DNA of 64,000 nt. Origin: Octopus vulgaris. Lineage: Eukaryota. This document shows positions 24,279 through 37,504 of this stretch, piece after piece. Position 1 is the stretch's first letter. Every line of letters starts with the position of its first letter. The notes under the pieces are model-generated. The model had not been told where the DNA came from. It did not search any database and saw nothing but the letters and a program-made list of their open reading frames with translations. Where the stretch lies: the NCBI GenBank assembly GCA_951406725.2, contig OX597816.1, positions 60,450,001-60,514,000 of the forward strand. The letters are read 5' to 3'. The translations under genes and the position numbers were made by a program.

Positions 24279-25029
24279 ACCCAGAAATTGAAAACAGAGG
24301 GTTACCCACTTGCAAACAAATGTGGTAACATATAACAATATTGACCAAGGTTATCGTGGTCTTTTTCGTAGGCTTTTCTTCCCACGGATAAACCTTACTG
24401 GCTTTCCCCTTTACACCATATATCATAACACTGTGATACACGATCCCTATTGATCGTTCTTTTTTTTCCTCTTCCCCTTTTTTTCCCCTTTTTTCTTCTT
24501 TTTTCACTTCTCTTTTCTTTTGTTCCTTTTCCTTTTCTTTTTTTTCTTTTTATTCTTTTTATTTTTTATTTTATTTATTTATTTATTATTATTATTATTT
24601 TTGTTCTCTTCTTCCCTTTTACGATCCCTCTTGATCGAAAACCTACGCCACCCCCTTTTTTTTCTTTTGTTTTTTGTTTTTTTCATCCCCCAAGAGAAAA
24701 GCTCTACATTGTAACTTGTCCCATCTGTGTGCAGCCCTGTGTGGCCAATAAAGAAACTTATCTACTTACCCATCCATCCATGTACGTCTATACTCATACG
24801 TGTGTGTACACCCACATATACATTCATCAAATTGGTCACAGGCTTGCTCACTGGATGGGCTTTCTAGTCTCTTCTCTGCATCTATCTATCTATCAATCTA
24901 TCTATCTATCTTTCTTTCTTTCTACCTACTTACCTACCGACCTACCTACATACCACTTACCTACCTACCTACCTACCTACCTACCTACCTACCTACCTAC
25001 CTACCTACCTACCTACCTACCTACCTACA

Positions 25030-25064
<35 letters not shown>

Positions 25065-25498
25065 TTATACATACATACATACATATCTCTATATATAAAA
25101 CTGAAATGCGTTTTTACCGCTTGGATCGCTTTCAATGCCACTACATCCCGTCCGATTCGCTCCAAAATGTACAGGGACATGTAGAATGAGGTGACGATGC
25201 GCGTGGGCTACCTTAGAAATCCCTATCTTAAAAGGTGTGGTTGCTAGGGGCCATCTTCCTCACTCACCCTACTTCCTCCAGTACTCTCTCACTCCTCTTC
25301 ATTTGACAATGCCACTACGGTTATTTAATGTAAAGTCTTCCTCAAATCACTCTCTTGCTGTTTCCTCTCTTCCAAGAACATTTTCACTCACTCTTATCTC
25401 TTAGCTTCCCATACATTTTACTCATGTATCTATCAGTTTCATAAACAGAAACAAATATTACATCACCATCGCCATCGCATTCTATTGGCTACCTGTCA

Positions 25499-25533
<35 letters not shown>

Positions 25534-26286
25534 TATATCTAATATTATATTTTTATTTTTATGTTTTTGTTTTTGGTTTTTTACTGTTTCATTTCCCTAT
25601 TGCTGGTTTTATCTCTAATTTAATTTCTACAGCGTGCACACACACACACACGCACACACACAGACACAGACACACACACACCTATATGTGGCCCCAGTAC
25701 ACCCGAATGAAATCGGGTTCTCTTCATCAAAATGTGAAAAGGGGTCTACAATTATCATCGCCACAACTTATGTATGTCTTCCTCACTCACTCACTCTTTT
25801 TCCGAATGATAATTATCATCGCCACCACCAACACCACCAACACACAATCATGACAATCTTTCTCTTAAAACAAACTATGTTTACATTGCAAAATATTTCA
25901 TTTTCCCGTCCTCTCTTTCATATATCACCTTTTCTTTCTCGAGCTCTCTCTTTTTTCGCCGTCTCTATTTATTCTACAACGAGTCTATCAATGACAGCGG
26001 CAAAAGTTTCAATATTCCTACTTCACCTCTTTCAGAAACGCAACAGATATTTTTTTTTGCCGGGGTTAAAGCCCACTACATCCCGTCGGATTCACTCCAA
26101 AATTTACACCTTCTCTTTCTACCTCTAACTCCCATTCAATTTCCCTTTATCTCCATTCTTAAAGATAATTATCATCGCCACCACCACCACCACCAACACA
26201 CAATCTGGACAATCTTTCTCTTATAACAAATCATGTTTACATTGCAACGACGTCTGCCACCTCTGCCGTCTCTATTTATTCTGCAA

Positions 26287-26485
26287 ATGACCAGAACTCG
26301 GGGAACTTGGTTTAGTGTTCTATGGTCTATGACCAGAACTCGGGAAACTTGGTTGAGTGTTCTACGGTCTATGACCAGAACTCGGGAAACTTGCTTGACT
26401 GTTCTATGGTCTATGACCAGAAATCGGGAAACTTGGTTGAGTGTTCTATGGTCTATGACCAGAACTTGGGAAACTTGGTTGAGTC
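26287..26485 (+). repeat. 42-bp minisatellite, about 4.7 copies, inside Helitron unit 1
   Basis: atgaccagaactcgggaaacttggttgagtgttctatggtct starting at 26287, 26329, 26371, 26413 and 26455. Confidence 0.95.
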
Positions 26486-27160
26486 CTCATCTTATAAAAT
26501 GTGGCCCCAGTAGACCCAAATGAAATCGGGTTATATTAACCAAAATATGAAAAGGGGTCTAAATGGGCTGGAAGGGGATTAAAATTTCAAGGAGCGAGTG
26601 TTTAGGAATTCTCTGTTACATCAAGCTAAAAAATTTGCGCCAGCCTTTTAATCGTCAATGTGTTGCCGTCCATGATAAAGAAGTTTTGAATGCTTGCCAA
26701 GGTGAGTCTACTGTCGTGAGAAAGAATCACTTCAAAACTTGGTGTTTACGAATTTTCTTTTACATCAAGTTCAAAATTTTACGCCAGCCGTTAAACTGTC
26801 AATACGTTGTTGTCCGTCGTTAAGAAATGCCAGCCATGGTGACTCTACTATCCTCAGATTCTATCCCTTCAAACTTTGGTTTCCAATATTTTATTATTTT
26901 CATTCAGCTCGCAAGTTCGTCTGTCCCTTTTAAATGTTAGCGTTTTGCTGTCTGCCTTTCCGTTGCCACTGCCTGATATTTATGATTGATCTTTCAAAAT
27001 ATTTTATTTCTCTACTTACTCAAGATCTTTTGTTGTTTATAAATGGGAGAGAGATACATAAAGATAGAGAGTAAGAGAAAGCGAGGGAGAGTCCGAGAGA
27101 AAGGAAGAGTAAGAGAGTGGGAAAGTGAGAGGTAAAGGAGAAAGAAACAAAGAGGGAGAA

Positions 27161-27475
27161 TCATCATCATCATCATCATCATCGTTTAACGTCCGTTTTC
27201 CGTGCTAGCACGGGTTGGACAGTTTGACAGGGGTTTGGGAAGCCAGGAGGCTGCACCAGGCTCCAGTCTGATCTGGCAGTGTTTCGACAGGTGGATGCCC
27301 TTCCTAACGCCAACCACTCTGTGAGCGTAGTGGGTGCTTTTTTCGTGCCGCCTGCACAGGTGCCAGGGGGCTGGCAGCGGCCACGATCGGTTGGTGCTTT
27401 TTACGTGCCACCAGCACAGAAGCCAGTCAAGGCGGCGCTGCAATCCGCCACGTTCGGATGGTGCTTTTTACGTGC
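27161..27475 (-). mobile_element. SINE/RTE-tail fragment (family E) carried in Helitron unit 1; shorter equivalent at about 29244-29485 in unit 2
   Basis: Minus strand ends gctagcacggaaaacggacgttaaacgatgatgatg, an RTE-type tail with (GAT)n. Confidence 0.65.
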
Positions 27476-27543
27476 TGAAAGGAAGCAACAGAAAGTAACA
27501 ACCACACTCTTACCCGCGCCTAGAGCGGGTCACCTTCAGCTGG

Positions 27544-28365
27544 TCTCTATATATAAAACTGAAATGCGTTTTTACCGCTTGGATCGCTTTCAATGCCACT
27601 ACGTCCCGTCCGATTCGCTCCAAAATTTACAGGGACATGTAGAATGAGGTGACGATGCTCGTGGGCTACCTTAGAAATCCCCATCTTAAAAGGTGTCGTT
27701 GCTAGGGGCCATCTTCTTCACTCACGCTATTTCTTCCAATACCCTCTCACTCCCCTTCATATATAACTTTGACAATTCCACTACCGTTACTTAAAGTATC
27801 TGTCACTCTCGCTATTTCCTCTCTTTTTCACTGACTCTGTTTCCTACCTTCCCATCACTTCGGCGGCGTTCTTTTAAGTATCTGTCTGTCACCAACAACA
27901 CACGAGCATGAGAACAAATGTTATGAATCAGATATTCTTGCGTTCATTTATATGTGTGTGTATGTGTGTGTTCTATATATAAATATGTATATATAATGTG
28001 TGTGTGTGTGTGTGTGTTCTATTTATAAATATGTATATATAATGTATGTGTGTGTGTGTTCTATATATAAATATGTATACATACAAAGTGTATATATCTG
28101 TATTTATGTATATTAAACTTTTTCATACTTTTTCATAGTTATATATATTTTTAAACAAATTATAAATTTAATTTAATAATTTTTATTTTCAATTTAAATA
28201 ATTTAAATGTTTCAATTTTATATTTTATATATTTTATATATTATATTTTTTTTATGTTTTTGTTTTTGGTTTTTCACTTTTTGATTTGCCTATTAGTGGT
28301 TTTATCTCTAATTTAATTTATACAGATATATATCTCATTTATATACATTTGTATATATAATGTGT

Positions 28366-28430
<65 letters not shown>

Positions 28431-29553
28431 ATGTGTGCATTACGTAGTCGGTCGATTCAGCTGAAAATATGCACACCTATGTTAAAAGTGCTGGCAAGTT
28501 TGCATGACAACTATTTTTTTCCTCAAATGAAAGGCGTCACCTCTAGGACAAAATTCCTCATCTTATAAAATGTGGCCCCAGTAGACCCAAATGAAATCGG
28601 GTTATATTAACCAAAATATGAAAAGGGGTCTAAATGGGCTGGAAGGGGATTAAAATTTCAAGGAGCGGGTGTTTAGTAATTCTCTGTTACATCAAGCTAA
28701 AAAATTTGCGCCAGCCTTTTAATCGTCAATGTGTTGCCGTCCATGATAAAGAAGTTTTGAATGCTTGCCAAGGTGAGTCTACTGTCGTGAGAAAGAATCA
28801 CTTCAAAACTTGGTGTTTACGAATTTTCTTTTACATCAAGTTCAAAATTTTACGCCAGCCGTTAAACTGTCAATACGTTGTTGTCCGTCGTTAAGAAATG
28901 CCAGCCATGGTGACTCTACTATCCTCAGATTCTATCCCTTCAAACTTTGGTTTCCAATATTTTATTATTTTCATTCAGCTCGCAAGTTCGTCTGTCCCTT
29001 TTAAATGTTAGCGTTTTGCTGTCTGCCTTGAAGCAGACCTTTCCGTTGCCACTGCCTGATATTTATGATTGATCTTTCAAAATATTTTATTTCTCTACTT
29101 ACTCAAGATCTTCTGTTGTTTATAAATGGGAGAGAGATAGATAAAGATAGAGAGTAAGAGAAAGCGAGGGAGAGTCCGAGAGAAAAGAAAAGTAAGAGAG
29201 TGGGAAAGTGAGAGAGAAAGGAGAGAGAAACAAAGACGGAGAATCATCATCATCATCATCGTTTAACGTCCGTTTTCCGTGCTAGCACGAGTTGGACAGA
29301 GTGCCCAGGGTCTGGGAAGCCAGGAGGCTGCACCAGACTCCAGTCTGATCTGGCAGTGTTTCTACAAGTGGATAACCTTCCTAACGCCAACCACTCTGTG
29401 AGTGTAGTGGGTGCTTTTTTCGTGCCGCCGGTACAGGTGCCAGGGGGGCTCGCAGCAGCAACGATCGGTTGGTGCTTTTTACGTGCTGAAAGGAAGCAAC
29501 AGAAAGTAACAACCACACTCTTACCCGCGCGTAGAGCGGGTCACCTTCAGCTA

Positions 29554-29554
<1 letters not shown>
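27544..29554 (+). mobile_element. Non-autonomous Helitron, unit 2
   Basis: Starts TCTCTATATATAAAACTG directly after unit 1; hairpin acccgc-gcgtaga-gcgggt (29523-29541); ends CTAG|T. Confidence 0.88.
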
Positions 29555-29636
<82 letters not shown>

Positions 29637-29690
29637 CATACATATATATATATATACATATTCATATATATATATATATAGATACATACA

Positions 29691-29726
<36 letters not shown>

Positions 29727-30119
29727 TACACACATACATATATATGAACCTACCTGTCTATCAAACCGTTATCGATCTATCTATGCATGCACGCACGAAT
29801 GAACACATTAACACACACACACACACACACACATACTCATACGTTCACAGGTGTACTGACTAAGGAACAAGATACACGTTAGCTAACATTCATCAACAAG
29901 AACAAATGAAATCTGATAACAACAAAAATAATATTGTTGATGATTATGATGATGATGATGATATTTTTAATTGACCTCAAAGGCTTTACACCAAGAAAAA
30001 CATTGTGGGCAGCGCAAAATAAAACATTGAATGTGTGTACAGGTGTGCTGTGAGTGGGGTTGCGAATAAACAAGTTTTAACATAAAAGCTAAAAAAAGTG
30101 TGTGGGGGGGGAATTACGT

Positions 30120-30305
30120 AGAAGGCCTGAGATTTTGGAGAAGGGGAAGTCGATTATATCGACCCCAGTGCGTAACTGGTACTTATTTCATCAACCCCGA
30201 AAGCATGAAAGGCAAAGTCAACCGCGACGGAATTTCAACTCATAAAGACGAACGAAATGTCGTTAAGCGTTTTTCCAGGCATACAAACGGTTCAGCCAGC
30301 TCACC
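30120..30305 (-). mobile_element. SINE family A copy
   Basis: gtcgattatatcgaccccagtgcgtaactggtactta...atgaaaggcaaagtcaacc. Confidence 0.8.
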
Positions 30306-30312
30306 ACTTTGA

Positions 30313-30588
<276 letters not shown>

Positions 30589-30589
<1 letters not shown>

Positions 30590-31050
30590 AGACATGGAAG
30601 AAAATACTTGTAGACTAATAGATGTAAGTGTTAACAGATGTAAATATATCTGTAAAGGAATTTGACAAATTAAGTGAATATAAGGACCTGAAAATTGAAA
30701 TACAAAAGATGTGACATCTTAAAGCAAGAACTAACTCTGTTATTGTAGGTGCCCTAGGTATATATATTAAAAAAAAAGGGATGTCAGAAACAGCTAGATA
30801 ACATCCCAGGAGAACCATGTCTCTGAGAAATCCAAAAGATTGTGCTGACAAGTATTGGCCACATTCTTAGAAAAACCCCATCGATTCAAATGTCTCTAAT
30901 GTATTACATGAAGATACTTCGCAATTGTCCCTGCCACCTCCCCTCCCCAAGCTTTCAGTTATACTGTAGCATCTCTTATCCTTCACTCGCCCTAGGACGC
31001 TGAGTGTCTCGGCAAGTGATTGTAATAAACATGCTGATTAAAAGTAGATA
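30589..31050 (+). mobile_element. 3' end of an R4/Dong-type RLE LINE between (TTA)n and (TAG)n
   Basis: KDMEENTCRLIDVSV / KEFDKLSEYKDLKIEIQKM*HLKARTNSVIVGALG, the RLE C-terminal region. Confidence 0.75.
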
Positions 31051-31069
31051 ATAACAGTAGTAGTAGCAA

Positions 31070-31128
<59 letters not shown>

Positions 31129-31144
31129 ATTTTTCCACAAGGGC

Positions 31145-31328
31145 AGCCTGGGGGAGGAGATTAAGTCGATTACATCAACCCCAATGTTTCACTGGTACTT
31201 GATTTATCGACCCTGAATGATGAGAGGCAAAGTCGACCTCCACGGAATTTGAACTCAGAACGTAGCGGCAGACGAAATACCACTAAGCATTTCGCCCGAC
31301 GTGCTAACGATTCTGCCAGCTCGTCGCT

Positions 31329-31330
<2 letters not shown>
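31145..31330 (-). mobile_element. SINE family A copy next to (TAA)n at 31330-31405
   Basis: gcatttcgcccgacgtgctaacgattctgccagctcgtcgc. Confidence 0.85.
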
Positions 31331-31402
<72 letters not shown>

Positions 31403-31405
<3 letters not shown>

Positions 31406-32200
31406 CCTTTCTTTATTAGCCACAAGTGCCGACAAAAATAAGATTGGACATTACAAAACATGAAGGACAAAGTGGGGTTTACATAAAGTGTCGTGTAAAA
31501 AGTCGATAACAGTGAAAAATGCCTAAAAGAGGCAAGCAACTTTGGGCTACTCATGGAGACTCCACGAAAAATCTACAAGCGCCCCGACCACTAGGGCAAG
31601 GGCCTTCTTCTCATCTTTCTCTCTCTCTCTCTCTTTCTCTCTCTCAGCGTTGGAAACTCAAAAGCGCATGCTCAAAGTAGGCCTGTTGACACGGATTACC
31701 TTCGCCATAATCACTCACCTTTCAACAAATTTGCTGGAAGTCAACCCTCACTTTCCTTTTCGGATTGTATCTGAAAACGTTGATGAAGGGTAGGCCAAAG
31801 AGAAAGTATCTGTCCTCAGCTCTTTCAGTCTAGACACCACACATCCTCTTTCATTTCAGCCACGGGACAGATAATAATTGCCTCCCCTTGCAGGCCAAAA
31901 GAAGGCGGCGGGGCAATCCTCATGATGGAATTAGCCGACAAGCGGATACGTCCTATACGTGGCAGCAGGTGTTTGACATAAACCCATATATCAGATATGC
32001 TCGGGCACTGGACAAGTGCGTACAGAACGGTTTCGTCGCTCTGCGCACATTTCGGGCAGGTCCGACTAACGGTATTTCCGTGCCTGTAGAGTCTATCTCG
32101 AACAGACAAAGCCACCGGTAGCACTGCCAGGCCAGGGATTTCTGAAAGATATCCAGAGGCCCCAGCCTGAAAGTCCTCCGGAAGAGACTAGCAATAATAA
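31403..32200 (-). mobile_element. Older 5'-truncated Tx1-type LINE fragment ending in (ATT)n
   Basis: FRLGPLDIFQKSLAWQCYR / ALSVRDRLYRHGNTVSRTCPKCAQSDETVLYALVQCP matches the ORF2 zinc-finger region; ends ttgtggctaataaagaaagg-attatt. Confidence 0.85.
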
Positions 32201-32439
32201 TAATAACGAGTTTCCCGAGAATAAAAACAGCAGAGAATGTCTTCATGAGGATAAATCTACGCAGCCTTAGCTGACAATCGCCTAGAGATGGTACCACGAT
32301 AAAAACACTGGCGGTTGTGACACCTCATTAATACAGCCCTCTTTACGAGTGTAATACCAAATAAAAATCATCACGGTTACGCTTATGAGACCCAAACCTC
32401 GAGTGAAATTCTCTGGCACGGCAACTGCTCCACTGCGCA

Positions 32440-33570
32440 ACAGAGTGGACCTGCTCATTATCTAAATACAGTTACAAGATTTAGAGGAAATGGACTCAAA
32501 ACGACAGTAAAACTAAAATGAAATAAACTATTGTAGAAAGGAGCCTACCAAAATAGCATACCGGAAAAGAATGCATAAACTTTGGACAGAGGAAGACATG
32601 TTCTGGACCAAAAACAAAAAAATTAATCATGAAAATGCTGGAACTGGAGGAGATCTCCACAATAGTGAAGGAATGTGAACGTGACTACACAAAACCCATA
32701 GAACAGGAACTAAAACAAGAACTGGAATTAGCAGAGGGACCAATAACTCCCTACAAAAAAACAACTACCTAGATGATGATAAATTCTACTTTGTGGAGGA
32801 AAAGACTGTTACAGAGGAAGCAAGAAGCTTCCTACTACACCTGAATAAAGCGTGAAATAGCGGAAGAAAGAGGCTACCAGCTCTGAGAGGAATCGAAAGA
32901 GGAAAACGATGTAATGTGGGGGAAAAGATAGACGAACTGTTAATGAAAATCTACACCGAAAACACAGCAGATCTAAACAACCTTTTATAGTGCGTGTTCT
33001 CTGTCGCTATGCAAATTCTTAGGGCCAAAAGTGAAAGAAAAACAAAGGACAAAGCCCCATGGTAGGAATGAAGGCTTTAGAATCAAACTGAACTGCTCAA
33101 GCGAAAGCTGGGACGGATACATGCAGTCATAGAAAAGAAGTGTGTGAGGGGAAGATACAGGAATGAACTGCAAAGAAAGTAGAACGTAAGACGTAAGACA
33201 TAAAGAGAACTGAAAGTAAGTAAAGAGGAACTAAGACAAAGAATCAATGCAAAGTAGGGTAAAACAAAAAAATCAGACACCAACGGAGAACAAACCAGTA
33301 CCACCAGGGTAGACTCTTTAAGAGCGATAGAAGAAGATTCTATTAACAACGAAACAAGAGGAACATCGGGGTAATGATATGGCAGGTGCTGAAGCAGCAA
33401 AAAAATTTTGGGTAGAAATCTGGAAATCCAAAATAATGTAAAAGCAAGTTGATTACAGAAATTTAAAAGTGAAATAGAAGTTGGCGTGACAGTAAATATA
33501 ACACTCATTGAGAAGAAAGTAAAAGAGACGAATAAGAAGGCACCCGAACCAGATGGTATCCAGGGGCATA
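32440..33570 (+). mobile_element. Decayed N-terminal part of an R4/Dong-type LINE ORF
   Basis: Fragments YRKRMHKLW, ELRQRINAK and KAPEPDGIQG (pre-RT motif); many stops. Confidence 0.55.
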
Positions 33571-34119
33571 AATGAGGAGGAAATCACAAGGGAAATTAAC
33601 AATTTGCGTGAGAGTTTACATAAAAGATGAAGAGAACGAAAGAGCAAACGGTGAAATGAGATAAAAGTACGCATGGTATACAGCATGTGTGAACATATGA
33701 ATGATGCAGTCCTGATACAAGACAAACCTCCTGGTAGTTCACGTTGGACAATGTAGATCTACTAAAAGAAGAGGTATTCACGGCAGATAAGCTTTTTGTC
33801 ACACGTCCGCTCGTAACGGTCGACTTTAAACAACAACAGTTCACAACATCTCTGACAGCGAGAGTGCGGAACAAGCATCACTTGGGCCTTCGAAATCAAT
33901 CAGTTTTCTTTTCATTCTCCGACGTACAATGGTACAAATTACATACGAGTATACATTCACTCACACATGCTCTTACGCATACTACACATACATACACACA
34001 CGCGCGCACGCCCACATATAATACACGCACATATACGCGCGCGCATATACACACACACACACATACTCACACACATATATATATATATAGTAGCTGCTTT
34101 CTTATATAAGAGCAAAGCC

Positions 34120-34325
34120 ATTACTAGAAAGAATCATTGATGATGCAATGTGAGGCCCTTGTATGACTCTTGAGCCCGGCCAAAGATTTGCACATTCTAT
34201 TGCAAAATGCACAGCTATGCTGGCTGAGAGAGGGAACAGGTTCCACAATATGGAGACTTTTGACATACCTTTTCAATCCTCCAACTGAAAGGCAGACCCT
34301 TTCACAGAGAGAGGTCCTCAACATC
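34120..34325 (-). mobile_element. RTE-like LINE C-terminal remnant with C2H2-like motifs
   Basis: CERVCLSVGGLKRY and CAFCNRMCKSLAGLKSHTRASH fit the CxxCxRxCxSxxGLxSH motif at RTE ORF ends. Confidence 0.5.
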
Positions 34326-34700
34326 TACGGAAACTATATACACATATTTAACGGGCTTCTACACAATTTTTATTTACCAAATTCGACTCCGCTGTATACG
34401 TCAGCCTGAACCCATAGTAGAGACATTTGCAGAGGTATCACTCAATAGAATAACTGAATCCACAACCATGTGATCGTAAAGCGAACTTTTTTTTATCCAC
34501 ACTGCTATGCATTGGTTGAAATGATTATAATGGTATTCTGTAGAGGTCAAGCAGGTTTATGACGGAGGAAATATATCTCATCCGTGACCAACTAATTTTT
34601 TACGCATACGAATACTAACATAATAGCTCATTCGTTAGTCTGTGCCGTTGATACTAGTACTGTACATGAGAATTAAGTAAGAACTCTATTTTGTCTATAA

Positions 34701-35113
34701 GCGTAGGAGTGGCTGTGTAGTAAGTAGCTTGCTTACGGACCACATGGTTCCGGGTTCAGTCCCATTACGTGGCACCTTGGGTAAGTGTCTTCTACTATAG
34801 CCTTGGGCCGACCAAAGCCTTGTGAGTGGACTTGGTAGACGGAAACTGAAAGAAGCTTGTCGTATATATATGTATATATAAATTTATGTGTGTGTATATA
34901 TGTTTGTATGTCTGTGTTTGTCTCCCCCCCCCCCCCAACATCGCTTGATAACCGATTCCGGTATGTTTACGTCCCCGTAACTTAGCAGTTCGGCAAAAGA
35001 GACCGATAGAATAAGTACTAAGCTTACAAAGAATAAGTCCTGGGGTCGATTTTCTCGACTAAAGGTGGTGCTCCAGCATGGCCACAGTCAAATGACTGAA
35101 ACAAGTAAAAGAT
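34701..35113 (+). mobile_element. Full-length SINE family B with internal (TA)/(TG) microsatellite
   Basis: A-box-like gtggctgtgtagtaag, B-box-like gggttcagtccc, tail ccagcatggccacagtcaaatgactgaaacaagtaaaaga; further copies at about 38255-38465(-), 42934-43020(+), 43100-43300(-), 52660-52880(-), 53205-53525(-), 57210-57330(+), 58080-58215(+), 63555-63760(+). Confidence 0.88.
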
Positions 35114-35676
35114 TATATAACAATGGATTTTACATTTTAGGCTGAGATTAGTTTTCTTTCATTAAACGGCTCTGACCATCATGTCTAGTATATTCTATTA
35201 TCTTTGTTACTGCCATGAGCTTTGTACAGTATTAATATGGCTTCTCTGACTCGCATTTTATGATATTTGCTTCCAGATTGTGATTCAATAAGTTTAGTTG
35301 CTGTGAAGAATGACAAAAACTAACGTTTTGGACACGGTTCCTTCAACAGAATGATCAAGTGATAGCTGGCAGAAGTGAAAAAGAGGTGATTGGATTAAGA
35401 TGTAGAGGCAAATGTTGAAAGGTGTAATCACAGTGAATGAGATATCTAAGCTGTGTAATGTGATGGAAGAGCGAGCGGGGCTGCGTAGTAAGCGGTTGGT
35501 ATGAAAGGTTGACGGGAGAAAAAGTGGTACGCGTTAGTTAGGGAGAAAGGTGTTTGGCATGATAGGTGGTGAGAGAAATGATTGTAAGTGTAGCGTGGGT
35601 TAGCCAGCGACGCATAGAGAAACATATTAGGTCATCCCATAAAGAATGCGTTTTTTTTTTCATACTTCTTTTTTTC

Positions 35677-36344
35677 CAAATTAAGATAAACAAAGTTCCT
35701 TTTTAATCTAAAATATACTCTCCTTCATTTTCTGCAATGCTCTTCCATCTATCTGCTAGACTTACGAGGCCCCTCTTCTAAAATTCATTTGCTCTTGACA
35801 AAAATACACCTCCAGTACTGTTCTCAGCTCATCTACAGAATTCATATTTTTTCCGTCCAAATGATTTTAAAGACTGCGGAATAGATAATAATCAAATTAG
35901 GCAATGTCCAGTGAATATGGTGGGTGGGGCATCGTTTCCCATTCAAACTACCCCAGCCTTTGGAATGTCATCCTCGCTGTATGTGGCTGAGCATTATCCT
36001 GATGGAAGGGCAAATTAAGATAAACAAAGTTCCTTTTTAATCTAAAATATACTCTCCTTCATTTTCTGCAATGCTCTTCCATCTATCTGCTAGACTTACG
36101 AGGCCCCTCTTCTAAAATTCATTTGCTCTTGACAAAAATACACCTCCAGTACTGTTCTCAGCTCATCTACAGAATTCATATTTTTTCCGTCCAAATGATT
36201 TTAAAGACTGCGGAATAGATAATAATCAAATTAGGCAATGTCCAGTGAATATGGTGGGTGGGGCATCGTTTCCCATTCAAACTACCCCAGCCTTTGGAAT
36301 GTCATCCTCGCTGTATGTGGCTGAGCATTATCCTGATGGAAGGG
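35677..36344 (+). repeat. Apparently perfect 334-bp tandem duplication inside the mariner
   Basis: caaattaagataaacaaag...tcctgatggaaggg at 35677-36010 and 36011-36344. Confidence 0.93.
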
Positions 36345-37200
36345 CACCTTTCGTCTTGAAACCAAAAATGGTTGTTTTTCTTCTAGCACTGACTTAAGAT
36401 GCTCAAGCTACACACATTAGATCTCTTTTCTCATCGTTTGGTTTGAGTTTAAAAGTTCAAAGTGGACTAAACTTTCATATTCCACCAAACTGATAACAAC
36501 ACTTTTTGTGGGTGAAAACCTTTAGCTTGGGGTGCCGTTGTTTCTCCTTTCCCTACAAACAGTCTTCGGCGCTTGACATTTTTTATAGAGAACCCATTTC
36601 TCGTCACCAGTCACTGTTCGGTCCAAAAAAGGTTCATTCGTAGGATGTAACAGCAAAGAAGACTACACATTCACTCTCTGCGCGAATTAAGACTTGGAAA
36701 GTTTGTGAGGAACCCATTGACCCAGTTTGCTGACTTTTCCGATGGCACGCAGGTATCGATGAATGGTTTAATGACCAAATTCAGGCTTCTCTGCTAGTTC
36801 CTCAACTGTTACGATGGAATTTTGTTCCACCAGGGTTTGCAGGACGTACTTGTTGTACTTTACAGATCTTTCAGGGCGTGGCACGTCGTCTAGTCTGTAG
36901 TTTCCGGCTCGGAATTTCTGGAACCACCATTGACACTGGCTTACGCTTATTGTCCAATCCCCATGTACTTCATTAATATTCTTCGCACTTTCTGTTGCAC
37001 TGTTGCCTTTATTGAACTCATAAAACAAAATATGCCGAATATGCTCCTTTTTCACTTCCGTCATAGCTTTGAAAAAATAACTGCTAAAATCGAACTGCAC
37101 TCTTCAAACACTTGCACTAAGAATAAGTACAAGGTAAAATTACTACCTGCTTTTACAGCAAGTTGATGCAGGTAGTTTATTCCGTCCTCCTCCGACATTT

Positions 37201-37504
37201 GGAGGCGCAATGGCCCAGTGGTTAGGGCAGCGGACTCGCGGTCAGAGGATCGTCGTTTCGATTCCCAGACCGGGTGTTGTGTGTATTTATTGAGCGAAAA
37301 CACCTAAAGCTCCACGTGGCTCCGGTAGGGGGTGGTGGCGATCCCTGTTGTACTCTTTCGCTCCAACTTTCTCTCACTCTTTCTTCCTGTTTCTTGGGTG
37401 ACGCTGCGATAGACTGGGATGAACACATACGCCATAGAAACCAGGAAACCGGGCCCATGAGCCTGGCTAGGCTTGAAAAAAAGGCGCATAAATAAAACTA
37501 AAAA
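37201..37504 (+). mobile_element. SINE family C (tRNA head, Meta/V-like central domain) inserted in the mariner, with a target duplication
   Basis: ggaggcgcaatggcccagtggttagggcagcggactcgcggtc; flanks cctccgacattt and ccttcgacattt; further copies at 40652-40945, 60678-60870 and 61775-62075. Confidence 0.85.

Larger units (their letters stand above)
18440..24758 (+). mobile_element. Near full-length Tx1-type LINE, copy 2 (different subfamily); 5' boundary approximate
   Basis: Same architecture as copy 1; ends gccctgtgtggccaataaagaaacttatctac. Confidence 0.9.
25086..27543 (+). mobile_element. Non-autonomous Helitron, unit 1
   Basis: Starts A|TCTCTATATATAAAACTG; subterminal hairpin acccgc-gcctaga-gcgggt (27512-27530); ends CTGG (CTRR). 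Confidence 0.85.

Noticed and set aside
26287-26485. 42-bp repeats as a CRISPR-like array or repeat protein
   Set aside because: Units abut with no unique spacers, there are no cas genes, the context is eukaryotic, and the open frame follows from the period being a multiple of 3
34124-34324. Host C2H2 zinc-finger gene exon
   Set aside because: No TGEKP linkers, the first finger is defective, and the spacing matches RTE LINE C-termini
37201-37275. tRNA genes at SINE C heads (also 40652, 60678, 61775)
   Set aside because: A and B boxes are present but run into SINE body sequence without a proper acceptor stem
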